Positions 1 through 12,620 of a stretch of 51,819 bases of DNA are shown here, in pieces. The notes under the pieces are model-generated. The model searched no databases. It was not told the origin of the DNA and worked only from the letters and a program-made list of their open reading frames with translations. This stretch comes from Girardia tigrina (Eukaryota): the NCBI GenBank assembly GCA_001938485.1, contig MQRK01225151.1, positions 9,318-61,136 on the forward strand, in the 5' to 3' direction. A program made the translations under genes and the position numbers. The stretch's first letter is position 1. Each line of letters begins with the position of its first letter.

Positions 1-760
1 AAATTAATATGTAAATAAAAATTAATACTAAAACTACAAAATTGAATTTTAAAAATAAAATCAGAAAATAATGAAAAATTTGTTCGAATAATTGTTTATT
101 GACAGACATTAATAAAAAAATATCAATTTAGAACGATGTCGAATGACGAGAGTTTCGCTGAGAGTTGTCCAAAAGACGATTCTGATTGTAATGAAAATAA
201 AAGTTTGAAAAGCCATGTTGGTGTTCTTAATATGTCTTATTAAAGAGAAATAATTTATAGTTTAAATTATTAATATTTTTTAAATTATTAATAATATTAT
301 TTTCAAAGATCTAAATTTATGCAAAATTGAATAAAATAACATATTTATATATTTATCGATATTATTATGTATATTTAGAATTTTTTAGATCTGGATTATG
401 TAATTGAAATAGTTCCTCATAAATTTGTTTCAATAATGAAAATTGTAGTATGAATAAAGTTTGCAAAATTATGAATTCTGATTTCAATCACGAACCTAAT
501 AGTTTTAATTACTTTCGCTGAACCACCGAAACGTTGAATCAGATATGATCTGAGTGAATTTTGCAACAGGAAATAATAAAAGTATTACTTATTTCGAGCA
601 AAAAAAACATAGAATGAACGCGTTGCGTGCTTACTGCACAAATTTGTCCATCTCTATCGCGCTCATAAGCAAGCGCAGAAGCACTTTAAAATATGGTTCC
701 ATATGATTTTCACCGTAATAATGAAGTAAATTCGATGACCTATTCAAAATTATTTTAATT
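1..760 (+). mobile_element. Degenerate Penelope-like element relic (RT thumb/linker plus decayed GIY-YIG)
   Basis: Broken translation gives LIKKYQFRTMSNDESFAESC, similar to the linker that is in frame with the Penelope ORF at 36852. It then gives YFR*TTETLNQI*SE (GIY-YIG YIGxTxRxLxxRxxEH-like) and AEAL...NEVNSMTYSKLF*. Confidence 0.5.
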
Positions 761-1507
761 TAGTATACTTTACCGCTACATAATTTTCATTGTTTTATCT
801 ATTATATTATGTGTTGTAATTGTTAAATTTTTTTAACAAAAAATTTTATTAAAGACTTTTTTTAATGATTTTTTTTGAATTTAATAATTTTGTGCAATTT
901 TAATTAAATATTTATGTATATGTGCAATAAAAATTCAAAAAATATATATAACTATGTGTTTGGTTTATCGCTTCCATATGTCATATCCCAACGCACGCCA
1001 CTGTTACCGGTGTAACTTTTTCAATTATCGATTTTAATTTGATAAATTGTTTCCTTACAGCTTGATCTGTCTGTATGTTACCATAAATCATCAATTTTCG
1101 ATTGTTTCATTTAGCAAGAAATATTTTTTCTTTCCATATTTTAAAAATATAAAATTAATAAAAACATCCGTACAACAGATGGACTTTATAGGTACACAGA
1201 AAAGATTGTCATCACCTTTTCTTAAATAAGAAATGATAATATTTCCTTTATTTATTTTTAATAATTATTATATTTCTTTCAGAGCTCAGACAAAACCAAA
1301 ACTAATGTTCCGTAAGAAATGCAAGAAATTATCTTCCCAAATATTCTAATTTCATTTGTTAGTTCAACTTTAGTTTAACTTTTCTTTTGAAATTTTATAA
1401 CAATTTTTCTATGTACATCCGTATAAAAATAGTTAATATTTTTATAAATGAAAGTATTTCAATAATAATTTGTTCATTTAAAAAAAACCAACCGAACTTT
1501 AGGAGTA

Positions 1508-2502
1508 ATGAATGATACTACGTCCTCATACAACAATGGTACCATAAATGAGGTAATGTTTTACTTAATTTAAATATTTATAGCTACATAAAAATATTTT
1601 AGGAGCCATCATACTTTCAATCATTAAAGATGTTTTATAAGGTCGTCATTTATCTTCTACTTCTTGTCGGTTATGTTGGGAACATTCTTACGGTCATAAC
1701 TCTAAAATTTGAAAGCGGTGTTAGGCCCTTCACCAAAACGTTATTTTATCTACAAGCATTTTGGGATACGATGGTATTATTCGTTGCAGCCACGCGTTAT
1801 TTAATTCTCATTGAATTTAATATTGATATCCGAGAATTGAATGTGTATTTTAAATGGCTTCATCATTACCTCACATATGTGACATACAATTGTTCTGGAT
1901 GGATTCTTTGTGCTCTTTCGGTAGAAAGAATGGGTTTAGTCATTTGGCCGACAAATTTGTACCTTCGAAATCTTACTAGTACAAGGGCACTCTTACTTTG
2001 TCCATTATTCATGGGTCTTAGTCTATGCCTAAATTGTGCTTTAGTTATTGATACTAAATACAGAAAGATAATTTCGGCTTACATGTTACTGATATTTAAC
2101 AGTATTTTACCTTTCATAGTCATATTTTTCTCTACTTTTATTACAATTTATAAAATAAAAATCAATCTTCAAAAAGTAAGTACAAATTCGTCTCAAAATA
2201 ACCGAAATTCTCCTCTTTTCGTGATGAAAATGGTTCTGATTATCGCTATATATTACCAAATAACAACGATTCCAATAACGGTTTACTTAATTTTTGATAG
2301 CGGATTTGATTTTGTATTCACTAATATTTATTTTTCAAGTTCTTTCTATAACGGAACAGCGCTAATTTTAGCTTCAAACGCGGCACTTAAGTTTTATCTC
2401 TACAACTTGTCGACTCCTCACATACGGAAAGTGTTGAAGAAAATGGTGCGTAAGGTTGGATGGGAAAGAAGGACTACTGTCAGACCGATTACAACCGAAT
2501 AA
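1508..2502 (+). CDS. Orphan class A 7TM GPCR, paralog 1 (exons 1508-1552 and 1603-2502; about 314 aa)
   Basis: Seven hydrophobic segments, with TM1 GN, TM2 QAFWD, TM3 CSGW..LSVERM, TM5 ILPF, TM6 TTIP and TM7 NAALKFYLY. Exon 1 (MNDTTSSYNNGTINE) is joined in frame by a GT..AG intron at 1553-1602. Confidence 0.92.
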
Positions 2503-2819
2503 ATTTTGATTGAACTAATTATTTATTTTTAAATAAATATTTCCCGTTATTATTTTCTTTGTAAAGTAATATGCTACAATGGCATTAGGATGTACTATAT
2601 TTAATTTTACAACTAATATTTAAAAGAAAAATCATCAAAATAAAAAATATAGACTTTCAAACAAATTTTCGTTAACTAAATTTTTTATTTCCCAAACTCC
2701 ATAATTAATTTAGTTTTAATTATTTTCCTAAATTTTATTCTAATTTTATTTTTATCAATTTTAATTTATCAATTTTTATCTATCATATTATAAACTCCTT
2801 TTAAATTTTTTTATTTATT

Positions 2820-3800
2820 CAACTTGCTAATTATTGGGTTCTTGATCAAAAGACGTTGCCATGAACACAAAACTTTATTTCTACCACAATTTGAGTTTTT
2901 TTAAACAAATATTTCCGAGGAACTTTTGCACTTTCTTTTTACACAATCATTATAAATAAGAATTGATATATAAATATAAATATGGTTATTGTATTTTTTT
3001 CGAATTAAAATTCTATACTTATTTTTAATAAAAAAATTATAAAGTGAATTAAAATTTTGTCACAAAGATTTTGTTTCGTCTTTTATTAAATTTCAATTTT
3101 ATTGTACCTTGAAATTTAGTTGTTTCTCAATTAAATTTCCCAATTCTATACAATAGCATTTTTCATTTCGTTTTCATAATAAATTTAAAAATTACTTTGG
3201 ATTTAATAATATTTGAAAATAGAATTTAAAATCGCAATAGAATTTAAATTACCCATTTTTTACATAAAAATAAAATTATATTTCCATTAATAATTACGTT
3301 TTCCAAAATAAAATTAAAACCGCAGTTTCATTTAAATCGATTTAATTATTTTACAATTATATTTTGATTCCAATTAAAATTTCCAAAAAAATTATAATTA
3401 CATTTTAATTTACTTCGATTTAAAAGTTAGAAAAATATTTTAGTTTACTTTCATTTCGCAAATAAAATATTAAACTTTATATTACTTTGATTTTATTTCA
3501 ATTAAATATTTTCATCAAATTTGCAATTAACTTTTTTACTTTATAATAAATCCTTACATAAATCTTTTAATAAACCTACCGTAAAATTTATTTTATTTCT
3601 TACATAAATTATTTTTACATTAAATTTCTGAAAATCTTATTTTAACATATTTATAACAATATTTTACGGAATGTAATTGTTAAATTATCAATTTGATAAG
3701 ATTGTACATTCAAAAATTTTATGAACTCAACAACGCTCCCAACACTAATTATAAAATTTATTTTATACTTACATAATATTTTATACTTATTAATGAATCC
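2820..3800 (-). mobile_element. Degenerate dispersed repeat (Penelope-linker family)
   Basis: Colinear blocks are shared with 33910-34830 (e.g. aattttgtcacaaagatttt, gaaaatcttattttaacata, tttatgaactca). Reverse similarity is seen to 400-500 and 48400-48570. Confidence 0.5.
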
Positions 3801-3983
3801 TTCGAAAATGAGATTGACTAAACACAGAACACGGTCAAACATAATACACGCTAACACCCGATCCCAATTACGATGTGCAAGTACCAAAATAAAAATAAAT
3901 TTGCAAGAGATAAGTGGAAGCATTAAGAAACAAATATAGCACTAGTAAAATAAATATGTTTTAATAACTGCTACGAATTGATC

Positions 3984-3988
3984 ATATA

Positions 3989-4026
<38 letters not shown>
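3984..4026. repeat. (TA)n microsatellite
   Basis: Directly visible; one of many (TA)n tracts (e.g. about 18155-18188 and 19840-19977). Confidence 0.95.
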
Positions 4027-4029
<3 letters not shown>

Positions 4030-4212
4030 TTTTTTATTAAAAGTAAAGTAGAAAAATCTTTGCATATATATTTCATCAAAAAAAATTTATATATATATAT
4101 ATATAATTCATCAAAATTTAATTTGTTTAAATAATCAATAAATACCGTTGTTATTTAATTTCGCGTTTTTGAATTTTTGAATATCATTAATAATTAAAAT
4201 TAGCATTTTCTC

Positions 4213-4889
4213 ATGTCATTATTTTCTCCGACAAATCAAAAGCGATTGGCAAATGTTTCCGTTGTGAAACTAATCGTAAAAACCGATAGAAAACGTCATA
4301 GATTTGAAATAGCGTGTTTTTCGAATAAAGTGATCGCTTGGCGACAAAAACTTGAATCTCAAATCAGTGAAGCTCTACAAAACGAGCTGATTTACACAAA
4401 TCTGTCCAAAGTGAAATAGTGAGCAAAGACAATTTGAAAGATGCTTTTTAAACGTCGAATATTTTGGAGATTTGTTAAATTATATTGGAAAAAGGAGAGC
4501 TCCAATTGACGGAGAAAAAGAGATAATTTGTGATGGATAATTTAATTAAAGATGTTGCAAAAATTTTGACTTGTAAAACGTGGAATCAGAGTACAAAACT
4601 ATGCTTTCCGTCGGGTATGATCAAAAAATGATTCACGATAGTCACATCAATTTGGAACCGAATAAATCCAAAAAAATCTCTCGACTTTATTCGAATGTTG
4701 ATAAAGAAATAGAATGTTCCGATCGATGTCGCTCTTTTATGTGTCAAAATTATTGTGCCACAAAAAAAAATTAAATCAATCGAACGAGGGTTATGGAGTT
4801 ATTGGGAAAATATTTTCTCAGAGGTGCCGTAAGAGCACGATTTAAAGACGGAGGTGATTTTCGAACCGGAAAATTATGATTTATTCTAA
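4213..4889 (+). pseudogene. SBDS: Intronless SBDS/Sdo1 ribosome maturation factor pseudogene
   Basis: MSLFSPTNQKRLANVSVVKL..RFEIACFSNKVIAWR..IYTNLSK matches the SBDS N-terminus. Shifted frames continue with EIC*IILEKGELQLTEK, HINLEPNKSKK, LDFIRML and EVIFEPENY. There are about 3 frameshifts and 6 in-frame stops. Confidence 0.9.
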
Positions 4890-5009
4890 CAAAATTTCAA
4901 AATAAAATGCACAATCGAATTACAAAAAAATGCAACAACAATAACTTCCTTTTTTATTTTATTTATATTTATACATTTCTTTACAATGTGTGTTTTTGTA
5001 CCATAATTA

Positions 5010-5655
5010 TTTTTTTATCAGTGATCAAAATTACTCGTTCTGTCCTATATAAATTCGCACGACTGGTGAACCATGCCATGGTTTTCACCGGGGTTCTTTT
5101 CGTGTGGCCTCCCCCGGCACTACTGGATTGGTTGATCGTTTCCACCTCCCTATATACCTTATAATCTTATTCATCATCCTCTGATGTTTCGTCATCAGAG
5201 GATGAGTACTTATCCTTATCTTCAAGTTGCTCAATTCTATGTAAATATGAATTGAGTAACTAATCAAACACAACCGGATCGAAATCTTCTGCACCTGTTT
5301 CCATTTGAGTCTCCTCCATACTGTCTGCTTCTTCCATTGTGAGTGTGGAGTCCATGGGTACTTTCCTTCTCGTTTATCTCGATCCGGTTAAGTGTGCGGA
5401 CATCTTGCTGGGCATCTTCTATCTCTATGAAATGACCATTGTGCCAAGGAATGTTTGATATTGGATATCAAGCACGATATCGCAATTTTTCTAATAGTCT
5501 TTGGAGGGATCTTTAGACTTTTCAGAATACTTGTACTGTTCTTGGACCAAGTTCCGATACACCCTACCTGGAGGGTGTAGAGTAGTACAGTTGTATTTGA
5601 CATGGCCTTTCTACATGCAATAGCCAAGGACTCGTAGTGATCCAAGAGTTCCTAG
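5010..5655 (-). mobile_element. 5'-truncated R2-superfamily (RLE) non-LTR retrotransposon: end of the endonuclease domain plus 3' UTR
   Basis: ORF 5388-5645 (HYESLAIACRK..TVLLYTLQVGCIGTW) matches the KY.xLA...VGxxGxW tail of restriction-like endonuclease domains. It is followed by a GC-richer structured 3' UTR and a short A tract near 5010. Confidence 0.75.
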
Positions 5656-5778
5656 TATTGCTGTATTCAATATTTTTCTGTGTATTTATCTATGTTAATG
5701 TGTAGGAATATTGGAAAAACAATAATAATAACTATTGTACACTGTAGGCAGTGGATCCATTTGCGGTTGAGTCGTCTG

Positions 5779-8700
5779 TAGGGCATTCAATACTGGTAAA
5801 ATTTTTCAATACCGGTATTTCGGTACTGAAAAATTTCAATACCGGTATTGAAAATAAAAAAATAATTAAAATATGAATAAAATCTCGAATAAATAGTAAA
5901 AATTTACAGTAATTCAATAAACTTTTTTTATTTTATATCAAAATTACGGATTTTCTTTCATTTTGTGCTTTTTTTCTCTTTTGTAAAATATGCCCGTAAG
6001 AAACAAAGAGCATCCAGAATATCATCCTAAAGAGATGATCGTAATTTGGTGACAAAGTTACCACTTGCCAAAAATCCACGTTCCGATGCGACACTTGCTG
6101 GATTTATTGTTTTCAAGTATTCGTAGGAGTTTTTCAAATATCTTCCACTTCCGCGAGTACCTTCTTCTTCGAAAACTGCAATTTCCTTGCGGATTTTTTT
6201 GATTAGTCTTTCAAAACGTTTGATCTCCCCTTATTTTTACACTTCTTATCATTCAAAATTGCCATGTCAAGCTTTTCTTTCAATGACAAGTTTGCAGTGC
6301 AGTTAACAGAATCGCTATCAGATGAAAAGCTGGTGTAAAGGAGATGTTCGTCCGCTCACTGATTGAGCCGCTCATTTAGTCGAATTATGGCGTTTACAAT
6401 AGCTAATTTGCTAAGGGGCTCAAAATCCAGCGCTGGATCCAAATTCTCGTATTGTTGATGGCCATTGTGCAGATAGTGCAGCAAGCTAGAGAAAGATGTC
6501 CGGCGCTCATTTATTCGTCGCACCAATGCAGCTTTCAATTTAATAGCTAATTTCGTGTCTCCAAAGTTATTTACCATAAACAATAATGTCGTATCGGCTG
6601 ACAACAGGGTTGCATCATTTCGGCACAATGCTTCCACGGCTAGTTTCACATGCGCGAGACAGGCCACAACAGATGAAATTAAGTCGAACTCCTTATCAGT
6701 TATCTCAACTTTGGACTCAAGGTCAATCAGCGACTTGCGAATGCAATTTTTCAATTTTATGTAACGTTCGAGCATTGTGTACAAGCTACTCCAACGAGTT
6801 TTGGAGTCGAGTATTAGTGAAAAGGCTTAACCAAATTCGTCTACTGTGTATTTTTCGAGAGTTTTATTATTTTTTGTCAGAGAACGGCGAAAAAATTTTA
6901 CAGTGGTGCACACCTTAGCAATTAACGGCTGCAAATCATCAGTCAGTTCAATAGTGTCGTCTTTTTCACTCATCACAACTTGAAACCCGTCGGAAAAGTC
7001 TTCATCATCATTGGTCGTATCATCGTCACTTTCACTGCTATTCTCGTCATCGTAGATTCCTTTCAAGACTGTTTTGGCAGAAGTTGACGGCTTTTTGTAC
7101 AAAACGTCTTGCACACCCAGTTGAATGCATGCATAAAGCATAACTGTTGATCACAATTGCTTAAATGTCCCACTTTCTGCATTACGGAAGCTCCGTCAGT
7201 AGTAACGCACACAATGTCTTCATAGTAATTCAGCATAAACTGCGTCAACACTTTTTGAACTAACTCAATGTATTTTTCAGCAGGCAGTGAACCAACATCT
7301 CTAGCTAATCCAAGGCTCCAAAATTCTTCCTCGATGTGAACGTTTACATTTAAATATCTGCAATTTTTTAATGACGTCCACTCATCAAATATCAAACTGA
7401 ATCACATCCCTTGCGATCGGAGATGAGTGAACTTGGATATGACAGTCTCTTTGATTGTGTTGGCGTATTTGACTACCATATTTCGAATTGTCGTCGCTGA
7501 TTTCGGAACAACAAACCCACGAGCTTCTAGCGATGTTCTCAGTTCAGTCGATGTTTCCAATACGCTAAAAGACAGTCCGTCAAGGGCGGTAATTCTAAAA
7601 AAACTGCAGGCAACGACTTGTCATGTTGATTTTGGAAGAAATCGGTGATCAGAGGTTTGGATTTTTTGGCCGATGACAACGGATACGATGAAAATGAAGT
7701 CAATGAAGATGCTGTGTCATGGGTCGATTTTCTCTTTAGCAAGTCGATTTCATGGTTTGTTCTTAGATGAGTATGGAGTCCACTGGCACTGCCGTCATGT
7801 GATTTTATCTCTTTGTCACATTTCTTACACTTTGCAAGTTGACTTTCTTTATCACGCAGAAAATAAAACCACACAGAATTTTCGTCTACTTGTGCGCAAG
7901 TGCTGAACGCTTTGAATACTTTTTGGGACATGTTGGGATTTTCTGGATATTTATTTAATAGAAAACTATCCATAATGGATAATCCATTAGAGATAAAATA
8001 TTCATTATTGATTATTAATTTCTTACCAAAAAACAAAAATTATCTGAGAATATTTTCTCCCAATGGCTACTTATTTTCGTCTGTTTCTTGTTGGCTTCAA
8101 ATAAAAACAAAAATCTGCAAAGGAAATCGAACTTAATTCATTTAAATCATCCAAATCTATGTTTAGAAATTGAATCCTTACAATTTTGTTTTCGGTGGCG
8201 GTAATGATGGTTCAGTGGCAGCAAGAGTTGGAATTAGTTTAGTCCTGTTTTAGTAGAAGAAAAATCTAGTTAATTTTGTTTTAATGTTTTACTTTCAAGA
8301 TTTTTTTAGAAGTGAAAAAAATGAGAGAAACGTCAAAGTACATGAAAAACTCTTCTTAACCTACCTTAAAATTAAGTATGGTCACAACATTTAGAAGTGC
8401 CGCGACTGAAGGTCCAAAGAGATCTTATCTTGCACTGGACCATGAAACAGGTCAAGCATCAACAATTTCAATGCGAAGTTACTAACGTAGACGTATTTAT
8501 TTGAATGAATTTCAATCGAATTACTAATAAAAGTGAATTCTTGGATTGTGATAAAAAATTTATGAACTTTGACAACTGGGTACTATGTACTCGAACTCGG
8601 AGACGCCATCATAACAATTTGAAAAAGAAATGCACATGTAAGACTGCAAACAGGTGGCCAATGTTTTTTTCAATTTGAGTATTCAATTATTATTTAACGC

Positions 8701-8955
8701 AATTTTTAGTCGCATAAACAGTCTCGCTAAACCATTAATAGTCATGTATTCGTCAATTTAGTTATAAAATTCTATTTTATTTTCAGTTACAAAAGCAATG
8801 CCTTATTATTATAATATTTTTCAAACAAAATTGAGAAATAATTTCAAATATTTTTTATATATCCAATACCGAAATACCGGTATTGAGTCAACCCGATACC
8901 GGTATTTCGGTAGCATAAAAAATTCCGGTAATACCGGTATACCGGTATTGGATGC
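5779..8955 (-). mobile_element. hAT DNA transposon, defective
   Basis: TIRs are TAGGGCATTCAATACTGGT and ACCGGTATTGGATGC (the right one lacks the terminal CCTA). Subterminal (A)TACCGGTATT repeats occur at both ends. The 8-bp target GTCGTCTG is at 5771-5778. Confidence 0.92.
5958..7973 (-). pseudogene. Frameshifted hAT transposase
   Basis: BED zinc finger (SVWFYF..CKKC..LHTHLRTNH), FDEWTS, TTDGAS, LCFMHA, TRWSSLYTMLER and C-terminal dimerisation motif PASVASERGF..LDALCFLRAYF, split over several frames. Confidence 0.92.
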
Positions 8956-10389
8956 AGACGACTCGTCTGGAAAAGGAATAATCCTCATCAATTATCCTCG
9001 CCCTACTGTTTGGATTGAGATTAAAACGGCGAAATCTCTAACCTCGTTATAATATTTTGAGTTCTGTGTGCAAAGATTTGAAATATACAAGTCAGCACAA
9101 TACCGTTCCAAAATTGCTATTAGGTTGACATTTTCTTCAAAATGTTAATAGTAATAACATAAATGTACTGGACAAAAGTTCCATTTGATCTTGTCCTCAG
9201 TTGATTTACTCTTTAAGTGTGGTCATCCTGTCGGGTTATTGGAGATTGTGGTTATCATAGTAACTATGGTGTTGGTGAGGTCAGTGGTTATAGACTCCAA
9301 CTGTGCAATCTGGATGGTAAAAATAGATAATGATATTTCCTGTTGAGATGCGTTTGTGGAAGTGGTAGTGGAACTCAGTATCATCAGATGACATTGTTCT
9401 GCATTCAATTGCACTGAATTAGCAATGCGATCAGCTGTACATGATAATTTTTGAAGTCCGTCGCAGTGGTGGATGAGATATATTTATCTATGCATGGACA
9501 AAAGCTATTGAATTAAAATATTTCTGAGAATTAAGGTTTCTTTGTAGATATATTCGTCTTTGTATGAAATTCAGTTCTGTCATAACAATCTGTAGAAATT
9601 CGGAGGGTTTTAAGTTACTAATAGACCGTGCTTTGAAATACTTTTCAAAGACCATGACGAAAGATGGTGTTTGTGCTTGCAATGTGCGTTTGCAAACTGT
9701 TCATAGAGCTCATGATGCATCTAGATTTGATTTATAATAATAATAATAATCACTTAAAATTGTCCTTGAAACAATTCGAAGTTTTATATCAATAAAAGTA
9801 TTGGAAATCATGTTAGTGATCCTAATAAATATGACAATTGTTTTTTGAAAATAATTATTCAAAAAATTAAAAAATGAGACCGTCATCGTCAGGTCTCAAG
9901 AAAAAAATGAATTTTAAATCTGCTTATATAGACAAGCAGTGATTATGTCATCAATGGATTATTATGTAATCTTGGATTATTATGTCAATTGTTTTTTGAT
10001 AATTATTATTGGAAGTTCTGAGAATTAAAGTAAAAACAATAGAATATGAAACAAATATAAATGTTTCGAAAAATCACTTTTAGTCACACTATCAATGCGG
10101 AAGTCGTGGCTAGATATATTGCTGAATAATCGAAGATTTTAAATCTTTTTTTTAAATTATTTTTTATATTTAAACAAACAAACAAATTTATTACATTAAA
10201 ACATTATCTATCAGATATACATGGTTTCCGTTGTAATTTGTCTTTTACGAACTAAACGTGGTACATATAACAAAATCATTTTTAGCAATCTCACTTTTAT
10301 ATTCAGACATTATTTCTAAATTGACAATTACAAATATATATATATATATATATAATTATTTTAGTTAAAGCTTTTTTCAAAAAATAATT

Positions 10390-10430
10390 ATTGAAAATAT
10401 TTTGAAGTTTCATATTTCATCATCAGCAAG
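10390..10430 (-). ncRNA. Degenerate minimal hammerhead ribozyme remnant (Penelope pLTR type)
   Basis: Minus strand reads ttg CTGATGA t gaa..ttc AAAA tatt tt caa, with GAAA mutated. The flanks resemble those of the copy at 20391. Confidence 0.4.
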
Positions 10431-11419
10431 TTTAATTTTGAACCTATTTGAGTATTGATTTAAATATTTTTATTTTTATTTATACAAATGTTATAATATT
10501 TAATTAGTTTGAATGTAAAATTGAAGCTATTAAAATATATTTTATTTTTGATGAAATTTTATTTTATAATATTTAACAAAATTACTTATCAAAAATATCA
10601 AATTAGCGTTTACAAGACACAATAATGTGTAATATAGTTATTTTGATTAAATTAAACTGTTCATTTTAAGTTTAAATCGCTTTTATTCAAAATTTATATG
10701 TCCATTTAGACAGATTTTTTTTCTTAAAACTTTAATGGAAAGCGTCTGTGTAACATGTGGGATCTATAAAAACGTTGCGTCACTGTTTTAAAAGAGGATA
10801 TTTTACTTTTTTATTTTTTATAGTTAAGATTTATTCTTGATGTTTTGCACAAGATATAAATCTGGCAGTCATAATTTGAGAAAAATAATATTTTAAAAAA
10901 ATATACAGACAATTGTTATAAATTTTAAAAAAGGTAACTTAAGCCACCAAAAATTATAAAAAATATTTTATCAATATTCTAAAAAGTAAAACATGTCTTT
11001 TGACTTTTTTAATACTAAGCAAATAAAAAAACTGTTTTTATTTTACTAAAAAATAAATAATAAAAATAACAGGCAAAGACAGAAGATCTTAAATTTAAAT
11101 TATTTATATTTGTTTTCAAAATAGAAAATCCTAAGCAATCAAAATAGTTAAAAATTTTTGAAATTGAACTAAAAAAGTTTGAATTTAATGAAAATTTCGA
11201 AAAATCAGAAATAAATAGAGCATGATTACGATTTCCTAAATATTATATTTTATTAAAGTTTATATTTTCAAGATTTATTACTTTTGTAAATGATAAATCT
11301 GTAAATATTTTTAAAATAAACCATCTACTGAATATTACGTCAGTCTGGCTCTTGTAAATTGTCTTCCAGGGTAAAAAACTTCTCCAGTCAGTATTTCTTT
11401 TCTCGCTGCCATATATTCA

Positions 11420-11629
11420 CCGTATTTTTCCGTGTATAAGATCCCCCTTTAATTTTGGGTGTGCAATTTTGGAAAAAAGTTCAAAAAAGTACCTTAATTC
11501 ATTCCAGAAAATAAATTGAAATCTTTTGTGTTGGAGAAATATTTCAAATATTTACTAATTTTTGAAAATTCGCGTTAAATGTTAATTAAATTTTGACAAA
11601 AAGGAGGTTTTATACACGGAAAAATACGA
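11420..11629. mobile_element. pogo/Tigger-like MITE
   Basis: Inverted termini cgtatttttccgtgtataa / ttatacacggaaaaatacg; about 210 bp and non-coding. Confidence 0.75.
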
Positions 11630-11634
11630 CAAAT

Positions 11635-11800
11635 AGCTTGTAATTACCTTTCACCATTCCATTAGCCTCATGATGGTATGGACTCGAATAACACATTCTC
11701 ATATTCATTGATGTTATCAAGTATCTGATAGTTTTATATTTGAAGGTCTTCCTAAAAGCCGTATATATGTTTTGAGGTGCTCGCACTTGTGGTTTCTTTA
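11635..11800 (-). mobile_element. Gypsy-type integrase fragment
   Basis: Minus translation YSSPYHHEANGMVKG resembles the integrase motif SPYHPQANGxVER. Confidence 0.5.
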
Positions 11801-12299
11801 GTCACAATAATTACAATTATTTCGTCCAGCTTAGAAAAATCTGCCTTCGAACTTTACGATTAAATTCATCAATTATTACCTCTTATGATAGGACCAAATT
11901 GATGTTAGTGATTAATTAGATTTAGTTTGTCTTGGATTCTTTGACTTGTTATTTTTGTTGCAAAGGTATGGGGTTATTGAGTTTATATATTAATTCATAA
12001 ATTCAATTAACGTAATGAATTCGTTTATTGCTATTTTTAATAATTTATGTATTAAACATTTTTTTTTGATTTTTGTAGTTTTTCCTAATTTTTAGAGTCA
12101 TATTTTAGTAATTAATCAGCCGTTTTGAAACTGTAGAAATACCGAATTCAGTCCTCAACGATTGATATACGACAGAAGATATTCCTTGACTGTGGTCTGC
12201 GAATACTGTTATCGCTATTCCTAACTTGTTTGGGTAAAAAAATATTTAACTATGATAGATGATCAAATTAATCAAACTCAATACGTGCCTCAAATCTTT

Positions 12300-12620
12300 G
12301 ATCAATTTAATCAGTATTGTGTTGACACAAATAACTAATGAGGATGAAAAAAATAAACGATAAATTCCAAAAATGGTGTGATGAAACCGAATAACGTTTA
12401 ATCAAAAGTAACCTCTGCAATCACACTACTCAGTATATTTACAAGCTGTATTCAGAGTGCTCGATAAGAGGAGTCGATAGAACAAATTTCAAATGATATT
12501 GGTTGTCAGCTTTGTTAATAGGAAGTAATCGCTGAAATTGTCCGATACGCAAAGTAAGTGAGTCATTTTGCAAAATTGGTGGCAGCAAAAATCAAGAAAT
12601 TGATCGATTATATATTGTCT
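12300..12620 (-). mobile_element. Possible MULE/Mutator transposase remnant
   Basis: Broken translation VIAEVTFD*TLFGF..HTIFGIYR..SLVIC resembles MULE WxxDGTF..QLYTIHG..PLVF. Confidence 0.35.

Noticed and set aside
2365-2405. TM7 lysine suggesting the receptors are opsins
   Set aside because: The Lys aligns to 7.49 (the N of NPxxY), not to the retinal-binding 7.43 position six residues earlier.
5020-5055. Sm-site-like AATTTTG near the RLE 3' junction suggesting an SL RNA/snRNA target
   Set aside because: A short AT-rich match is expected by chance, and no recognisable SL or U2 sequence is present.
8970-9720. Possible Gypsy gag-protease remnant interrupted by the hAT element (similarly weak LTR/LINE traces at 13600-14300, 15450-16690 and 26300-27100)
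   Set aside because: Only faint motif resemblance, too degraded to call.
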